Of a stretch of 64,000 nt of DNA, positions 49,577 through 63,500 are shown one piece after another. Each line of letters begins with the position of its first letter. Positions within the stretch are counted from its first letter, which is position 1. The stretch is from Phoronis australis (Eukaryota; Animalia; Phoronida): NCBI GenBank assembly GCA_002633005.1, contig NMRA01000201.1:75139-139138 (forward strand). Direction: 5' to 3'. A program made the position numbers and the translations under genes. The notes beneath the pieces are model-generated. The model saw only the letters and a program-made list of their open reading frames with translations, made no database searches and was not told the DNA's origin.

Positions 49577-51001
49577 ATGCGCCCACATATTTATATGTGG
49601 ACGCATTATGCCGTCATCTCCGTCCGTCCGTACGGGCGGCGTCCGTCCGTACGGGCGGCGTCCGTCCGTACGGGCGGCGTCCGTCCGTACGGTCGGCGTC
49701 CGTCCGGCGTCCACTGCTCTATCTCCAAAACCCTTTGACATATGTTCATGAAATTTGGCACATATGTTCCATTCATGAATGGGACGGCATGTGCGAACTT
49801 TCGGACGGATCCGACTACCGGTGTGCCCCCTAGTGGCAATTTTAGGTTTTTACGCTTACCTTTGTATCTTCAAAAGTCCTGAACGGATTTTCATGAAATT
49901 TGGTATGTAGGCACTTATTAGTGAGATGACGCTATCCTCCCGTTTTCAGATGGATTCAACATAGTTTGCGCCACCTAGTGGCCATTTTTAGTGTTTTCGA
50001 GTCTGTTTTTGTGCGTCCACCCCTCTTTCAACCAAACCGCTCAAAGGATGATTGTGAAAATTGGCATGTATATGCTTACTATGTAGAGGACAGTTGACGA
50101 TGATTTTCCGACGATTTCGACTACTGTGGTGCCTCCTAGTGGCAGTTTGTTTTTTTTTCGCCTATGGCTGTATCTCCTAAACCGTTCGCAGGATTTTTAC
50201 GAAATTGCGTAAGTATATTTATATGATGTTAACAACGGAACATGACGAGTTTCGGATGGATTTGACTACCGGTGTGCCCCCTAGTGGCAATTTTAGTTTT
50301 TTTACGCTTACCGTTGTATCTTCAAAAGTCTTGAACGGATTTTCATGAAATTTGGTATGTAGGCACCTATTAGTGAGATGACGCTATCCTCCCGTTTTCA
50401 GATGGATTCGACATAGTTTGCGCCACCTAGTGGCCATTTTTAGTGTTTTCGATTCTGTTTTTGTGCGTCCACCCCTCTTTCAACCAAACCGCTCAAAGGA
50501 TGATTGTGAAAATTGGCNNNNNNNNNNNNNNNNNNNNNNNNNNNNNNNNNNNNNNNNNNNNNNNNNNNNNNNNNNNNNNNNNNNNNNNNNNNNNNNNNNN
50601 NNNNNNNNNNNNNNNNNNNNNNNNNNNNNNNNNNNNNNNNNNNNNNNNNNNNNNNNNNNNNNNNNNNNNNNNNNNNNNNNNNNNNNNNNNNNNNNNNNNN
50701 NNNNNNNNNNNNNNNNNNNNNNNNNNNNNNNNNNNNNNNNNNNNNNNNNNNNNNNNNNNNNNNNNNNNNNNTGGTGCTTTAAGCAACTGATGCATAGGAT
50801 GTGCTTGTATTATGAAGATCACTCACATTTTGAAACCTAGCCTATTGAGGAGACAATGACCATGCCTTTCCATTTTGCAAAGTACAACATACTACATATA
50901 TGCCCTCTACTGGCCACTTTATGGTACCAATAAACAACCCTAGAAGGATACCGTATACGGTGCAATTGTGGGCGCATTTCAACACTCTGCGTTGCTCTTG
51001 T
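49577..51001 (+). mobile_element. Helentron-associated interspersed element (HINE/DINE-1-like) with microsatellite and tandem array
   Basis: 5' subterminal inverted repeat ATGCGCCCAC with a nearby inverted copy GTGGACGCAT; (CGTC)n-based microsatellite 49620-49712; ~150-bp units forming a 451-bp higher-order repeat; 3' GTGGGCGCAT (50968) followed by a short tail ending CTTGT; T-rich insertion site. Confidence 0.75.
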
Positions 51002-51799
51002 ATTTAATATAATCGTTCAAGATGGAATCTCAAAACGTTGCAGTTTTCTAAATTATCATTTTTTTTTTCATTTTATGCAACTTGGAATTTTTCCATGAAA
51101 ATTATAAAAGTGCAGTTTTTTGATACCCCCACTTAGAAAAGTGGAATATTTCGAATACAATTCACAACAGTGAACGTTTTATATGAATCCAGTCGGCCAT
51201 TTCTGAGATGAGATGTTCCCAAGTTATCCAGATTCGGGATTTTTATAAAGTCTTGCATATAGTTTCACAGATTTATCATTTCACAAAATGAGAATCACAG
51301 TTCTGTAAAAATGCTTGCTTGATAGTCTTGCCTTTTGGCAATAGGTGTCACAACATAAAGTTAATCAGTGCAGAAACTACCATACCAGTCAGCACACGCA
51401 GCCATTTACTTCAAGTGGAACTTGCTAATTCCTCATCTCTGTGATTGCTTGGTCAAATTAGTTAGAAACACAACATATAGCGACCATGTGAATATTAAAT
51501 GTGTTGAAAATTGCCAAATGTTTTTAAGAACGAGTTTTATGTGGAAAATGACCGCCATGAATCACTTAACCATGTCCAGCAAGTATCATGATGTGGTGTG
51601 TGCATGATGCGGGTTAAGTAAGTCCCCAAGGTATGTCATTAGTGCAAAGGTCACCTATTTGCATATTTTTTGTTTTCATATTTACAAGTTGTCAGTGAAT
51701 ACAACTGCTTTTTGTTTAGCATAGATGATGTTCAAATAGCAATGTTGTTAAGTTCCTGCTGTACATTAGCATAGTTAGGAGCTTGCAAATACATCTTTA

Positions 51800-52330
51800 A
51801 GGTAGATATCGCAACGTAATAAGTCTCGCTGTGAAAAGTCTTAATTTTTGAGAATTTTTAAGATCATCGTAACCGATACTAACAACAAAATAGGGTGAAG
51901 CACAATATAGGGTGAATCTTTGGTGTAAATTAATACTTTTGATACACGGGACATCATGGCTGATCGGATTCATATGAAACTGTCAGATACTAAATTTAGG
52001 GGCTATCAAAAAATAGGACTTTTATGATTTCCATGCAAGATCTTTACAGTTGCATAAAACAAAGCCGAAATTATATATTAGAAAAGTAACAGCATTTTTA
52101 TATCTTACCTTGAACATTTATGCCAAGTAAAATTTTGATTGTGTTATTGATACCTTTCCTTTTTGGTAAATTTTACTAAAAAGACATAATAATGGATTGG
52201 TAAAAAGTCAAAAATCTAATTGTACAGGTATTCTTACTTTCAGAAAATAAGTACTTTTGCTGAGTTAAAAGCTATAGTTTCTAGATATTTTGCTAAATGC
52301 TGAAACTAGTCCATAAGGTCCTACATGAAA
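51800..52330. mobile_element. MITE, related to 55434-55999
   Basis: Starts after TTAA; shares blocks GGATTCA..TGAAA, AAAAA..AGGACTT and CTTTCAGAAAATA...ACTTTTGC.GAGTTAAA with the 55.4-56 kb copy. Confidence 0.55.
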
Positions 52331-53529
52331 CCAGCCACACTGAATTGAAGGGATAAATATTTACAACAATTCAGGAAGGCATAGGTCACAAATATAGTCA
52401 AGATGTCCAACTGTTGCTGAGCTGATATAGCCTGTGCTATCAGCTCTACCCGAATATTTTGCCAAAGTCTTGTATAAGCCATTAGAATAGATGTCACTAC
52501 TTGAAAACTGTTGCTTCAAACAAATGTTTGTATTGAATCCACCTTTTCATTGACTTATATATCCACCATTCAAAGGAAGCACCATTCCAAACATTGTATC
52601 CTGTTCACTGGTCAGGCAAACATTGTGTAATAATAACAACTGTTTGCAAAACATTCTCCATAAGATCGTATGAAATATTTCATCCACTGTTAACATTAAT
52701 TGCTTGTTATAAGTTTCTTTTAATTGACCACACTGTTGCTTGAAAGAGGACAGTGGTGCATTAAACAGAAAGTTAATTTTGTCTTTAATTGTTTGCTAAA
52801 CCAGTCCCTTCAGAGTCATTGAGTTTGACTCCGATGGATGATGTCTTGGCCGAAGGTTATAAAGTGACGCTATTCTGTTATGAAGTGCTGTTTTTTTGTG
52901 TGTCACAGTGCAGTGGTGGTTTGTTTTCATTTAGCACCACTTTTGTATAATCTTTAAAAACAGGACCCTCAATCCCTCGATTCACCTCTGTGAAATATTG
53001 AAAAATCATGCGATGTTCCGCTCATAAGGCTCAAAAATCCCCCTCAAGTGATTGAAAAATTCTCCTTGAGGTTCAAATCACTCATTGCTCACGTAGGTGA
53101 CAATTTGAAAGAGCGCAAAATTTTAGTTTTGGCTACTTGAGGCAGAAGCTATGAGGGCTTGCAACAGGGAGGGGTTGCTATTGATAATGGTCGGGAGGTA
53201 GAGTTCCCCTCACCCCAAAAAATTTCCCCTCTCAGAAGGCACAGGCACCTTTCCCCTCACATGAACGAGGGCTCTGAAAAATGATCATTTCTGCTGTTAT
53301 ATTCGTTTGCCAAGTTAAAACTATGCAATATCTTTCAGTTGTTCTCGAATTACATTTTTAGATGTTACCTCATGTTGTCGAGAATGTTTGAAATGCCGCA
53401 GGGCTTGGTGTTGCGGCATAATGACCACAAAAACTTATGTTTTGATGTAACTGGTATCGTGTCAGTACTGCCATGTCAGGCATCTGATTGCCGTGTATCT
53501 TTGATGATTTTTTAGTGAGGTAAAGTAAC

Positions 53530-54050
53530 TCACTTATTCAGAGACTGCGTACTACCTGTTTCGGGCATTTCGAACTGCACTCTACAGTCCTTTGTCTATG
53601 AGTGGCGGGTTGTTTCCCATTGCTTTTGGCGCGTTAGTAGTAATACAACGCGTTAGTAGTAATACAACGTCATATATGGCAAGAAGTTCTTGGTCATGAT
53701 TCATGGTAGGCTTTTTGATTTTAATAAAATGATCTCCCTTAACCTTTCTGGAGTACTAAGCAATGCTCTTCTGTTGTGAAGATCTTGACGTCATCACTGG
53801 ATACAGTGTGCCCAGTGGCACCTAGGCGTTTTCCTGTTCCAGTGGGTTTGTCTAGTTTGTTATGTTCCCTTTATTCTGATGCCAAGGGTTCGCTTGGTTT
53901 TATCATTATAAGTATGGTATAATGATGGTCCCAGTGGAGCCATCGATGTTTGTGTATAGGCAGAGATCCAACAAGGGTAGTTTACCATCAACCTCTGTTT
54001 CCATGGTAATCTTGATGTCATTGTCAGTGCCATTGATGTGGTTTGTAAAC
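53530..54050 (-). mobile_element. Penelope-like element relic (RT C-terminus, GIY-YIG remnant and 3' end)
   Basis: NHINGTDNDIKITMETEVDGKLPLLDLCL; KTKRTLGIRIK.EH...GHTVSSDDVKI. Confidence 0.75.
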
Positions 54051-55433
54051 AAGTTGCAAGTTGAAGCTCGGCTGACTGGTCAAGATGCTCTAGGGCTAGT
54101 TGTTCTAGGGTAACTCATAGTATGAACATATAGTAAAACATCACCAATTTCAGACAAAATTAATGTACAAAACCTGGCTTCCAACAGTCTTTTGAATGCA
54201 CACAGGTTTTGTAAATACTTTCCTTAACTATGTAATATAACTTTAAAATGACGAAGCATTTATTTGTCTCTATTTATATTTCAACAGAAAAATGAAGAAA
54301 AATTGATTTCACGTAACCACTATACAGTATCCTAAGTAGATTTTACTTCCCAATATAGGGCAGAATTTGTAAGACGGGAAATTTATCACTTTTTTAATAA
54401 AAGATAAGTAGTTCCTAATAAGTGCTTTTTAATTTTCTAGTGTTGTTGTACACCATGGTTACCATGAGGCAGTGTGTCGAGAAACTGGGCATTCACGGCA
54501 ATGTAAGAAGTCTTTGAAAAACAAAGAGAGGTCTGTTTTTGACAATTAATTTTGACCATAAATGCTAAAATTTAATGGTTTCATGGCATAAGAAAAATGC
54601 AGATATTTGATGCATTTTAGTCTGTGCAATCTAACTTTTCGTATACAGAGTTATCACTTAGTAACAGTGCTGTAGTAGTTTTATCGACTATCAAATATTT
54701 TGGATAATTGTGAGCATTCACCTTAATTAGACCTTCAAATCTGAGTTAACGGTCATTTTGGCTGTCATTTTTGTCGAAATTGGTGATATTTTAACGTAAG
54801 TTTCATATCCGGCTGTTAACATGCTCATGTATTTTTATTGCCATCTGGGCTGACAATGTAAGCTGACACTTGTCCACAATTATCAGTTTACAGGGACAAT
54901 AACACAATTATGAGATAAATACAAATTAAATGCCTTGTCTATGAGATAGCTCTGGCTTTACACAATCTTAAGCCAGGCCTCTTAATTGAATGAGTGAAAC
55001 TTACTGCTGTGGAGAACAGTTGTCATCTCCCATCTGGTGGTAGTCTTTGTGCCAAGACTATTAATGCTGGTGGTTAACTGAGGTTGTGTAATGATAGTTA
55101 GCTATGCTTAATTAGTGGTAATTGTTCTAAATGAATGAAAAGCCTGGTTCAGTCTCACTGTCAGAAATAGTGCTGTGTTATGAAACAAGCATTCCGTTTA
55201 CAAGCTTCTGTTCTTTGTTATTAATTAGTGGGCAGCATTCGGTGGACGCTTGAATCGTGTGCTTTTCTTGCTGTGCGTGGTGATGTCTGACACCAAGTGT
55301 TGCGTGATCTTGCGTATTTGCAATGTAGCCCAGTGTTTCATAGCTGCAATTTTGTTTGGTTTCATGAAGAAGTAGCCGTCCAATAAGAAATAGAATATCC
55401 TCCAATTTAGAAGTCTCCAAATCCAGTACTTAA

Positions 55434-55999
55434 AGTTACGTAGGACCCTAGAAAAATTTCAGTTTTGGCCAACTTTGGAACACCATATCTCAAAAGTGGC
55501 TGAATGGATTCACGTAAAATTTTCAGATACAATGCTTTATACAGTGTTCTCCAAAATGGTATTAGGAATTGTTTTAAAAAGCTCCCACATTTGCACGAGG
55601 AACTATCAAAAAACAGGACTTGTGCGATTTTTGTGAAAATTGTTTAAAGTTGCCTAGAATAAAACAGTATGAAAACTGCATGAAATGAAAACAAAATGAT
55701 AACTTAGAAAACTGTAGCAGCGTTTTCGTGATTTTATTTTGAATATTTATGTCATACAAAATTTGGTCATGTAATATATCTTGTTGTTTTGCTATGAAGT
55801 ACCTTAATTCTTTTACTCTAAATTTTACTAAAAAAGCACGGTCATTTGAGCTAATTAATGACAGATTTGTATAAAGTTAACAATTAAATTTTGTGGGATT
55901 TCTGCTTTCAGAAAATACATACTTTTGCCGAGTTAAATTCTAGATTTTTGTAGATATGTAGCTATATATACATACTTGTCAATATGGTCCAACATATCC
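55434..55999. mobile_element. TTAA-flanked MITE (Kolobok-like, non-autonomous)
   Basis: TTAA on both sides; imperfect TIRs AGTTACGTAGGACC and GGTCCAACATATCC. Confidence 0.55.
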
Positions 56000-57171
56000 T
56001 TAAAGAAAGGAAGCACTCGCTAAAGATTTTTTGCAATTGCCAAGGTGTCTCCAGTGGTAGCATATTTATGGAGGATGTGCCACTCAAATTTCACTGCGAG
56101 ATCCCCTACAAAAGGTTCAGTTATTGTCTTGGAACTCCACAGGCAATATTTTGAGAAATTGAGTGCATTCACATCAACGTTATAAGCTTTTGAAGACAGT
56201 TATTTTTGTTCAAAATTGGTTATAAAAATTTTACCATTTTCTATTTTAATGGGTATAATCTTCCCACGAAAAGAAAAAATTCTACAAAGGGGTGTTAGTT
56301 CCTGATAAAAAGCTCCCAACTAATGGATCAGTTATAGTAGTGCTTACTGTAAAAGTGTGCTTGGTATCCTTATTTCAAGCCGCACACCCTGTCAAAAATA
56401 TATCCGGCAAGTCCTTCCCCCGGAAGGGTGTCCCATCTCACCACTTAAGCCTTGGAAAATCAATCTGCTTACAGTGGGTACGATAATCAGGCTTAAGTTT
56501 GTGAGCGATCAGAAGAAAAATTGCTTCCATTAATTGCTGGGTCCTCATTAAAGGTTCTTCCGTAATGTCTGTATGTTGCCGTGATGGCAAATCTGGTTAT
56601 AACTTGAAATGGACTAATGAAGACAATCTGATCAAGTCTGGGGGGAATTAGATTAAAGTACTCGTTATTTAAATTGATTTTTACCATTAGAGAAGGTAGG
56701 TATTGGAGGCTCATTTACAGGTTGCACAATACGTGCCTGAGACAACGTACTAGGCTCGCTCCTTGGAAGTGTTGACTTGAAACTCATTTTTGTAACTTTG
56801 TCAAATCTTCATACATTTTCCTGTCCTGAGTTCATCTTTTGATGAGCCACAAACTTGAACAACAGCTTTCCTTTGGAAACTGCTATTAGCTGTGTCCTTT
56901 CGAAAAAGTTTTGATTTTGTCTGCTTTACATTTCTAGAACAGGTCTTATTTTGTTCCTTAAGTGATTTCTGGATTTGGGAAAAACTGATAGTTCATTATT
57001 GCTTGAGGTCATTGCATAAAATTACCAGGTGTGTCAAGTTAACAGTGTAAGCCTGGTCCTATGCAATAACTGCCAATTCGTCTTCCTAGGTGAAGAAATC
57101 CCTTCTTATCTTAGGAACACTTTGAGGCAAGTTTTACAATGATGTGTAGTTCAAATCAGAACAGTTATTAT

Positions 57172-57589
57172 AGTCCCGTCCACACACAGACTGCCCTAGA
57201 ACAACTTGCACTAGTGCAACTTAGCCCACTTTTAAGTGGAGTGTCCACACACACGCACACACGAACTCACACATGCATATCCGATAACTAGGCTAAGACG
57301 GAAGTTGTCAGTCTTTGTGTGACAATGAACACCTAATGTGAATACGGCACACAAGAGAAAACCCATGTGTATGTAACCACAGCTAATAATTACTTCAGCC
57401 CTACCCCACTTTTGCAGGGATTAGAAGTGGCGCCACTCCCTAGAACAAGTTACCCCACCTCATTTATGTGGAGTAAGTTGTCACGAGTGGGTAAGTTGCG
57501 CTGGTTTAAATAGCGTCCACACAGCACTCTAGCGACAACTCATTTCAGAAGTAGGTTGTTCAAGGGTAAGTCTGTGTGTGGACGGCACT
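57172..57589. mobile_element. MITE with ~21-bp TIRs (Harbinger-like)
   Basis: AGTCCCGTCCACACACAGACT ... AGTCTGTGTGTGGACGGCACT. Confidence 0.7.
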
Positions 57590-60500
57590 CAAGTTTTTAA
57601 CTGGAATGAAACAAAAGTGTATCTTAAACGAACAGTGACCCATACATCAAAACATTCACTACTTCTAAAGATCTGGTTGTATTTATCGTTTAGCATTGAC
57701 ACATATCCATCAAAATTTAACATACCGGGTATCTTTAAAATCCTTTTACTATCACAATTTTTTATGAAATCTGATTTTAGAAAATTCCATGGAGTTGATA
57801 GTTAGGGTCTGTTTAAAGGTGTTTAAGCCATTTTTTGGAACTAAATATATCAACTTTTTTTCACTGGTGCACTAATTGCTTTTTCAAAGCAACCTCGGTT
57901 CACGTCAGTTGAAATTGGTTACAATAAATTTCTTGGAATTACCTTGATGATCATGCAGTCTTGGCATCTGAAACTGACCTGACGTGTCAAGCAGCTTAAT
58001 GGGCCTAGTTTAAAGCAATGACAACTTGTTGGTTCTTTCCAAGCCTAGAAATCATTTTTAATTTGAGTACGGTGCAAAATGAGACCAATTTCATAACAGT
58101 AGGTGGCCTAATTCAAAAGTTGATTTTTGATTGGGTGTGAATTTGTTACCCCTTTGAGTTATACTTAGCACGCTTTTGGAGGCCAAAATCTCCAACTTAA
58201 ACTAAAATAAAAGTAATGTTAAAATTTTTTAACTCTTTGTCTACAAAAGTTCCACCTTTTAGCTGCACCTCAGGTACAGTACATGGTGGAAACAACTAAA
58301 ATTATTGAGTGGTTTAAAGCAACTATGAACTCACCGTTGGGCAATATTACAAAAACCTCTTTGGTTTCAAGCCCCGATGGCATCAGTTTCTAAATCGACT
58401 AGGCTACATCCAGATATCAATCTATTCCATTATTAACAGTACTCGACACCTTGCTTGACGTCAAGTCTCATTTGGTGATGAAATCTGAGGTCACCAAAAC
58501 CAACATCCAAATCTTCGACTAAAAAAGGTTGCACTGTACTCTTTTATCAGAAACTTGCGTGTACCTCTTTCTTCAATGAACCATTCAGTCTCTGACTCAA
58601 TTCCTCCTGCCAACGGAAGGTACAACGCAGAAAATCGCATACACTGGAGGCGTGTTTTTCACCAATCTTTCCCTATTTTTGTCAAACAATTCCAATTTTC
58701 ATCTGTTTACTTCCTGTTCTAATTTAAGCACGTGCTTGATGTGTGCCGACTACTGTGGTGGCAAATGCACGGATTTCACAAAATAAACGGAACAATTGTG
58801 AAACAAAGGTAGTAAATATAGAATAACTGTTAGTAAGTTAAGGCTATCTCAAACTTTCTTTAGTGGCCTGCATTCTAACTCATATATCAAAAAACTAAGC
58901 TTTGTCAACTAGTAGAAGTACATATTTTCTGAAAGAAAACAGATCAGGGAATTTAAATTATATTTGTGTACCGTTATTAGTACGTCAACACCATTTTAAG
59001 TCTAATTTCATTTTTATAAAGGTACATTTATAGCATAATAGCCCTTGGTCGATTTTAACGAAACCTGTTTTAAATGAAAACTTCCCTAGTTGCATCAAAA
59101 ATGCTGTTTGAAATTTTCGATTAGTCTTCGTTTGGTTTCTATGACAAATCTACTCGCAAAATGAAAGGTATTTTTGTAAAGAATAGAAGTTGTATTCGTC
59201 TGTATTACATTACTCAAAGATTGTGCTTTTATATTGAAAATCCTAACGCCGTTTTTGAGATTGATGAATAAATACTAAATTTGGAAAGTTTCAGGGAAAT
59301 TCAGAGCTGTTTTTGAGAACTCGTAGTCCTAAGTTCAAAGTAAGTCAATTTACCGAAGCCGAGAAAAAGCCGATTAAAATGGGACGAGTGAAAATCTCAA
59401 GGTCTTCGGTTAATTATTCGTTGAAAACTTTTCTGTGGTTAATATAACCTATACATGCATTAACCATGTTAGCTATTTCAACATTCACTCACAATGTCAA
59501 CTGAATTTGCTAAAACATACTGTCTCCAGCTAAGAGGTGGGATCAGCTATTCACCTACTTAAAAGTAGGTCAACAATTCATTGTTATACACACCAGACAC
59601 TGGGAGATAGGAAACCAAGTAGAAAATGAATGACAGAAATCGAGTTGGTGGTTAAAGCATGTTGTTAGCATGAGATCGAAATGTTAAATAACCTATTGAA
59701 ATTATGGAATTTGGGTTAAGATATATCTCTTTTCACATTTACTGTGTTCGTGACCACAGAGGCGTAAGGTGACTCGGAGCATTCGTTCTCAACGGTCGTA
59801 TGGATGTAGACGCACAACTTCCTCAGGATCAAAACTACGTTTTGTCTTTGTTTTCCCCGGCACCATTCTATCATATGTACAGCTCGGTGACTCAATATTT
59901 TGGCGACTCAGTGAATGAAAGGACTGAGGGTTCATACAAAGCTGCTCTGTACTTGGCGGGAGATTCGATTTGAGGGACATCCCCATAACCTTTGACCTCG
60001 GATAAGTAGTAAACAAATATCCATGTGGTTGTGCAGTTCCAAGGTGGTTATACTAAATCTTTTTTCGGTATATATTTCGTATTTGGAGTTCCTGGAGAAT
60101 GAAGACAAGGTATTTTACTAGACATGTGAAATATTGTAAAATGGTCAATTTTGTGAATAAGGTTTGAGATATCCTTAAAGTTTGGAAGTTATTACACGAA
60201 CTTTGAAACAAATTTCAGGAGCATTATTGTCTGACTTTGATACTTGCAGTGGTGACATGGGATTTTTCCCAGATCGCCAAACACTATCTGAGGTGGTGAC
60301 CTGCAGGACACCAAAATGAGCACTGATAAAGCATTTCTGCACTATTTTATCTGCCATGTAGCTCAAGTCTAAGTGTTATTGAAACCATGTACGTTAACGT
60401 CAGTTCTTCAAGAAACGAAACAATACACATTTACTTTGGCTAAGCTTTAAGGTATTTCTCCGAGTCAAATTTGTCTTAACCCATCTTGATACCTGGAAGT

Positions 60501-63500
60501 CAATTTCAGAAGCCAAACAGTTTCACCATTTTTGTCCACAATATATCAGTTTATTTTAGCTAATATTAATTATTGCCGTGAAGTCAATTCAGTCATTGCT
60601 GTGCTCCATATACTAGGACTTTAGATAAGATTCCCTGATAAACATTCTTGACCACAGCCCTTCTTGTACAAATCTGTCATGAAATGGGCTAAGTTCTTCA
60701 TGCACAAATAAATAATTTGATTGAATTGTTCATGACTTATTTCTTACTCAGATGGAAATGTTTTTTGCACCGTAGAAAAATGACATTTCGGTATTGCCGT
60801 AGACTTTGCTTGGTGGTACGCCATGACAAGCCAAGTTATTGAGCCTGATCTCAGCCAATAACGAACTGTCAGTATTTCCCAAGCTTAGGAATGGCCTCTA
60901 TTCCGAGTAAAGAACAAGTTAAGACCACATTAATATTGGTAAGTGTCCTAAATCAAATGTAAGACCGTTTAAGTTCAGGAGTAATTTTTTCCTTTTGAAA
61001 GTTGCAAAATCAACGACGCTCACATACACTCGCAAATACTCCATTGACAAACTGGCTAAAATGATTACATTCTCGCTATCATTTTCTCTGGTAGCAAAAA
61101 CGTCAGTAATGTGATGGTTACAGTGTCTCTTTTGCTGTTTCAGTTATCCCAAAACTGGTGGCGTTTTCACTACCGTTGTTGTTGCCAGACCGGTCACTGC
61201 TATGAACACACAGGTGCAGGTAAGAGGCTATTGTTTATTGTTGCGTTAAATGAATTCATGGCAGAGATTGAACGTGTTTTGACATCAATTTTCACTTTTA
61301 AGTGATTCGATGCTTTAAGGAAACAAATAATTATCTGCTAGCGAAAATGATACCTTCACGAACACCTTGTCTGTCTAAAACTCGAGCATTTTTCGCTACC
61401 GTTTTATCCTGTGAAACTATGAACCTAGTAGCAGCTACTGGCGCAACATGAGTACTCAATGACTTTTTACTACGGTCCACCACTGGAAAATTAGAGTGTA
61501 GACACAAAAGCGCACTCATATGTTGGGAGCTACTGTAAAAACTTAATCTCTATATGAGGTTTCATTACTCAAACATTTTGTTCCTATTACCCTGTGAACT
61601 AACTGGCTGCAACGACAACTTTCTCGCTAATAGTAAAATCACCAGGAATGTGAACAGTGACAAGGGTCACTTTTGCTGGTGATTTCAATTATACCCTAAA
61701 ACTATTAGCATTTTGGTTTAGCCTTTTTGTAGCCAGTACGCACACGCAGTTGAGCTTGGAATAGAGGCCTTTGTTTGGGCCTTTGTTTATCGTCGCATTA
61801 ATCAATAATAAGCTCCGCCCCTTGCGAAAAGTCGACAAACAAACCATAAGTTTTAGCCGGCATCATGTTGTTTGTCGGGTAAAATGGCGGCTTGGAAACG
61901 AAGGTGTGTCAAGAATGCTGCGTTCTGATTGGTCAGTTAAGCCATCATTCAAAATCCTGGCAATAGGTCAGTTGCGGTGGGTAAACATGCTTGGACATCC
62001 TATTTCACTTTAAAGTTGATTTGGGTGGTGAACAGACTAACCGCTGGCGAAAATTGCCACGGCGTGGATAGCTCGTCTGAAGAAGTGCATTTTTTTTCAC
62101 CACTATTGTGTCTAACTCTAAGCAAGGTGGTCTTCCTTGTTAATTATGAAACTGTGAACAGTGACCTTTTGTTGGGGATTCAATTGGAATTTAGGCACTT
62201 TTTGTAATTTAAGGAATTTTGGCGCTGCTTGGCCCCCCCAGATGTAATAGAGACCCTACATTTTGAGAACCAGTCATCTTCACTGTAAAACAGACATGGT
62301 TCACTTGACGCTCTGGGGCCCCTATCAGTGCCCCATCAGTACACCTTTAACCTCTTGGTTGCCACCTCTTCTCCAGTTAACACCTTGAGTGTATTTAGGG
62401 CCTGACATTGTACCACAGCTGTCTCTAATTAGCAGGATTACATTAAAAAGTTATTTGATGTGTAATTGAAGGAAACAGGCATGTGTTAGGATGTACTTGC
62501 CTAGAGTGTTATGTTTATCTGGTAGTACCCTGGCTTTTTAAATGTGTTTTCAACTCAAATTGACCTTCAACCACAAGCTGTGGGCTCGCTTGAGTAGGTA
62601 TGGCGTCACATACCCAAGCTGTCGTTCTGTTGTAGCTGTCTATGGTTTGAGAGGTGTAGTATTGAATGTTTTGGTGCCCGTTTTTATTTCAGCATCAAAG
62701 TTTTATGGTCCACAGTCTAACATGTGTCTCTGATCTTTTGCTTTGCTTGAGCTTGAAGTGCACTGGATGTGTGCTGTAATGGTCCATTTCCCAACCATGG
62801 TAACTCTGAATGATCTAATCAGGATCTGACTGACACAAACCACAAAATGTGTTTACTTTTACTTTTCCTATGCCTAGTTGGAAACCGGAGTTGACTTGTT
62901 AGTGGTTTCACTATTTGCACTTTTCAAACAACAAATTGAATAAAATTTTATTTGTAGAACCTTTAGAAATGGAAAGCTATTTCGCAATTAGTTTAACTGA
63001 AAAAATAGGTATTACCATACTTTTTGGTTCATAACACACATGTAATAATAACACACCATAAGACACAATATGACCGACATTCCATACAAAATTTTCTTTT
63101 TTCTGAAAACATGAATAGTGTCAAACAAATGCTTCTCATTTTTAAAAGTTCAGTTATAGTCACTAGGTACCCTCATTTTGAAAACCAGTTTTCTCCTTTG
63201 AACAACAGGTATCAAACGGGTTTTCATATTTCAGGACCCTTGTAAGGGGCTATTGCCAAAAGTTCTGAAACAAAATTACCATTAGACACTGTTTTGAGCA
63301 AGGGCAAGCACAACAGTGTTTAAGGCCTTCAGAAAATGAAAAAAGATCAAATTAGGGAATATTTGTTTTCCAAAATTTATGAGATCTGATTTTACCGTGC
63401 TTGGTTAGTGAAATACGCATAGTTTTTGCCACAGAAAGAACATACATACTTAGATTATGAAACTCCCCGGTTTGTTGTTGGAATGTGGTGAATGTTGTAC

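Noticed and set aside
49514-49839. Repetitive ORFs (VRTGGVRPYGRRP)
   Set aside because: Translation of the CGTC-based microsatellite.
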